From: Cetorhinus maximus
Taxonomy: Eukaryota
Direction: 5' to 3'
DNA length: 64,000 bases
NCBI RefSeq assembly: GCF_964194155.1
Contig: NC_135902.1
Span: forward strand, 52,328,001-52,392,000
Below the pieces are notes generated by a model. It had not been told where the DNA came from. It saw only the letters and a list, made by a program, of their open reading frames with translations, and made no database searches. Both the position numbers and the translations under genes were made by a program. Below, in pieces: positions 62,341-64,000 of this stretch. How positions within the stretch are numbered: position 1 is the stretch's first letter; the number at the start of each line of letters is the position of its first letter.

Positions 62341-62422
62341 CGGACTGGAGCTGCGGGCTCTCTCTCTCTCTCTCTCTCCCCCTGGCTTCACTTCACTTCA
62401 TTATGAACTAATACTCGGGACG
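62280..62422 (+). other. Probable non-coding first exon of a divergent transcript
   Basis: Strong donor CG|GTAAGT at 62422/62423 at the edge of the CpG island. Only ATG-AAC-TAA (62403-62411) precedes it. The start coordinate is approximate. Confidence 0.5.
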
Positions 62423-62710
62423 GTAAGTCTCTTTGAAAACGCTTTTCTTTTTCAATGTTGAAGTGGGAAAACCCTCATCTTTGGTCTTATTGATGCTCCA
62501 AGCGGTGCGGAGACTCTCTGATGGGAGGGGGGGGGGCGGCGACCCTTCCAGAATCATTGGCATTTTGTCTGAAAATCATGATTCATTTTGACATGGGACC
62601 TTTTTTTTTTAATGGTGCGTTTTATTTCTTATCTGTCTTTAGTCTGCACTTTTTTTCATTTAAAAAAAAAGTGCCTTCCCAGAAGTTTTGTTTAAATAAC
62701 CTTGTTTTGA

Positions 62711-62741
<31 letters not shown>

Positions 62742-64000
62742 GATGAGAATTGGTCTGAATCTCCCAAAGTTAATTGGGGGCGAATGTGGTTTTGGCTGCT
62801 GGAAGCACATGGATTTCTGCCTTGCAGAGAAAGTGCATCGTTTTCAATGTGTTTCCCCTTTTTGCAGCTCAGGGAGATAATGCGCCTTTCTTAAGGCCAG
62901 TTGGAAATTGAGTACATTACTGTCGGCTTTTTGTTATTAGGACTCCCTGCCTACTGGTGTTGACTGACTTGGGGGAGCCCACGTAGGAGTGGAAAGTCTG
63001 CCTGTTGTGCATGTGTTCTTATTCTGGTTGTGTTACTTGCTGGTCCCTGGATCCCAGTTTGAGGATCTATCTACCTACCAGGCGCCGTGGGTCACAGAGG
63101 GAGGTCTCACAAGAAGGGGATAATGAAAAAAGGTAGGTCGATTTGTGCTTGCCCTCGCACATCTCGCTACAGCTGCTTTGCAGAGCTAAATAAGGAAACG
63201 TCAGGGACCAGACCGACTAATTCTGTGTTGGAGCGAGGATGATGGAAATGAAGAATGCCCTTCAGTTGCCAGGATGGTATGTGGTGACATAACTGCAGAT
63301 GATCAAGGGAGATTAAAGTTAAGGAGCTCTTAAGTGTAAAAAAAAATTACGATTTAGTTCGCAATATTCCCTGAAGAAAAAAACCTGGAATATTGAACTA
63401 ACATCACACTACTTTTTAGTGTGAACATTTCATGCTGTTTTTGTCTTTTCTATACTCTGTTTAGGATTTTCCCTCCTCAGTTTTTAACATATTATTATAA
63501 ATGTTTTACAATGGACTATGATCATTTCTAACCTCACTTTCTCCCGCCACCCTCAATGCACTGACCCATTTCAGGTTGACTGCAGTACTTCAACCATTTT
63601 TTTAATGTGCAAGTACAGATGCAATTGAGAGGCTATTTAACTATATGGTGCATTTCAGCCGATATCCATGCATATGTGTTTTTTAGATGGGGTCACTTGA
63701 TGGCACTCAGGAGTGGAATCCTTCCATCCCCCCCTCCCCTGTTTCCCAGTTGCCACACTAATTGAGACCAACTCACCCTAACTGAGACCAGCTATAAGCC
63801 AGAAAGCAGACTTTTTTGTTATTGGAATGTGAGCATGCTGGCTAGGTCAGCATTTATTGCCATCCCTAATTGACTCTGAGAAGGTAGTGGTGAGCTGCTG
63901 CAGTCATTTTATGTAGGTACACCCACCACAGTACTGTTAGGGGGTAAGTTTTGACCCACTGATAGTGAAGGAACAGTGATCTCATTCCAAGTTAGGATAG

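Overview
This is vertebrate genomic DNA, not prokaryotic. The repeat families suggest a cartilaginous fish (shark), which is an inference. Two spliced genes lie tail-to-tail. TEFM (+ strand) has 4 coding exons at 2213-6854, giving about 358 aa. ATAD5 (- strand) has 23 coding exons at 61426-13491, giving about 1926 aa. I reconstructed all exons by hand; every intron is GT-AG and the phases are consistent. A CpG-rich, probably bidirectional promoter with CDE/CHR, E2F and CCAAT motifs lies at about 62.0-62.4 kb. Introns and intergenic DNA are full of LINE, SINE and MITE fragments. Main leads: (1) a dispersed palindromic, probably Penelope-derived repeat whose centre carries minimal hammerhead-ribozyme cores; (2) a ~285-bp near-perfect inverted repeat in ATAD5 intron 21, made of heavily decayed RT sequence, one arm of which coincides with a candidate poison exon; (3) a 33-bp SINE-like minisatellite made of tandem hairpins; (4) mirror-image G-rich and C-rich arrays around TEFM exon 1. 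Repeat boundaries are approximate and no database search or folding computation was run.
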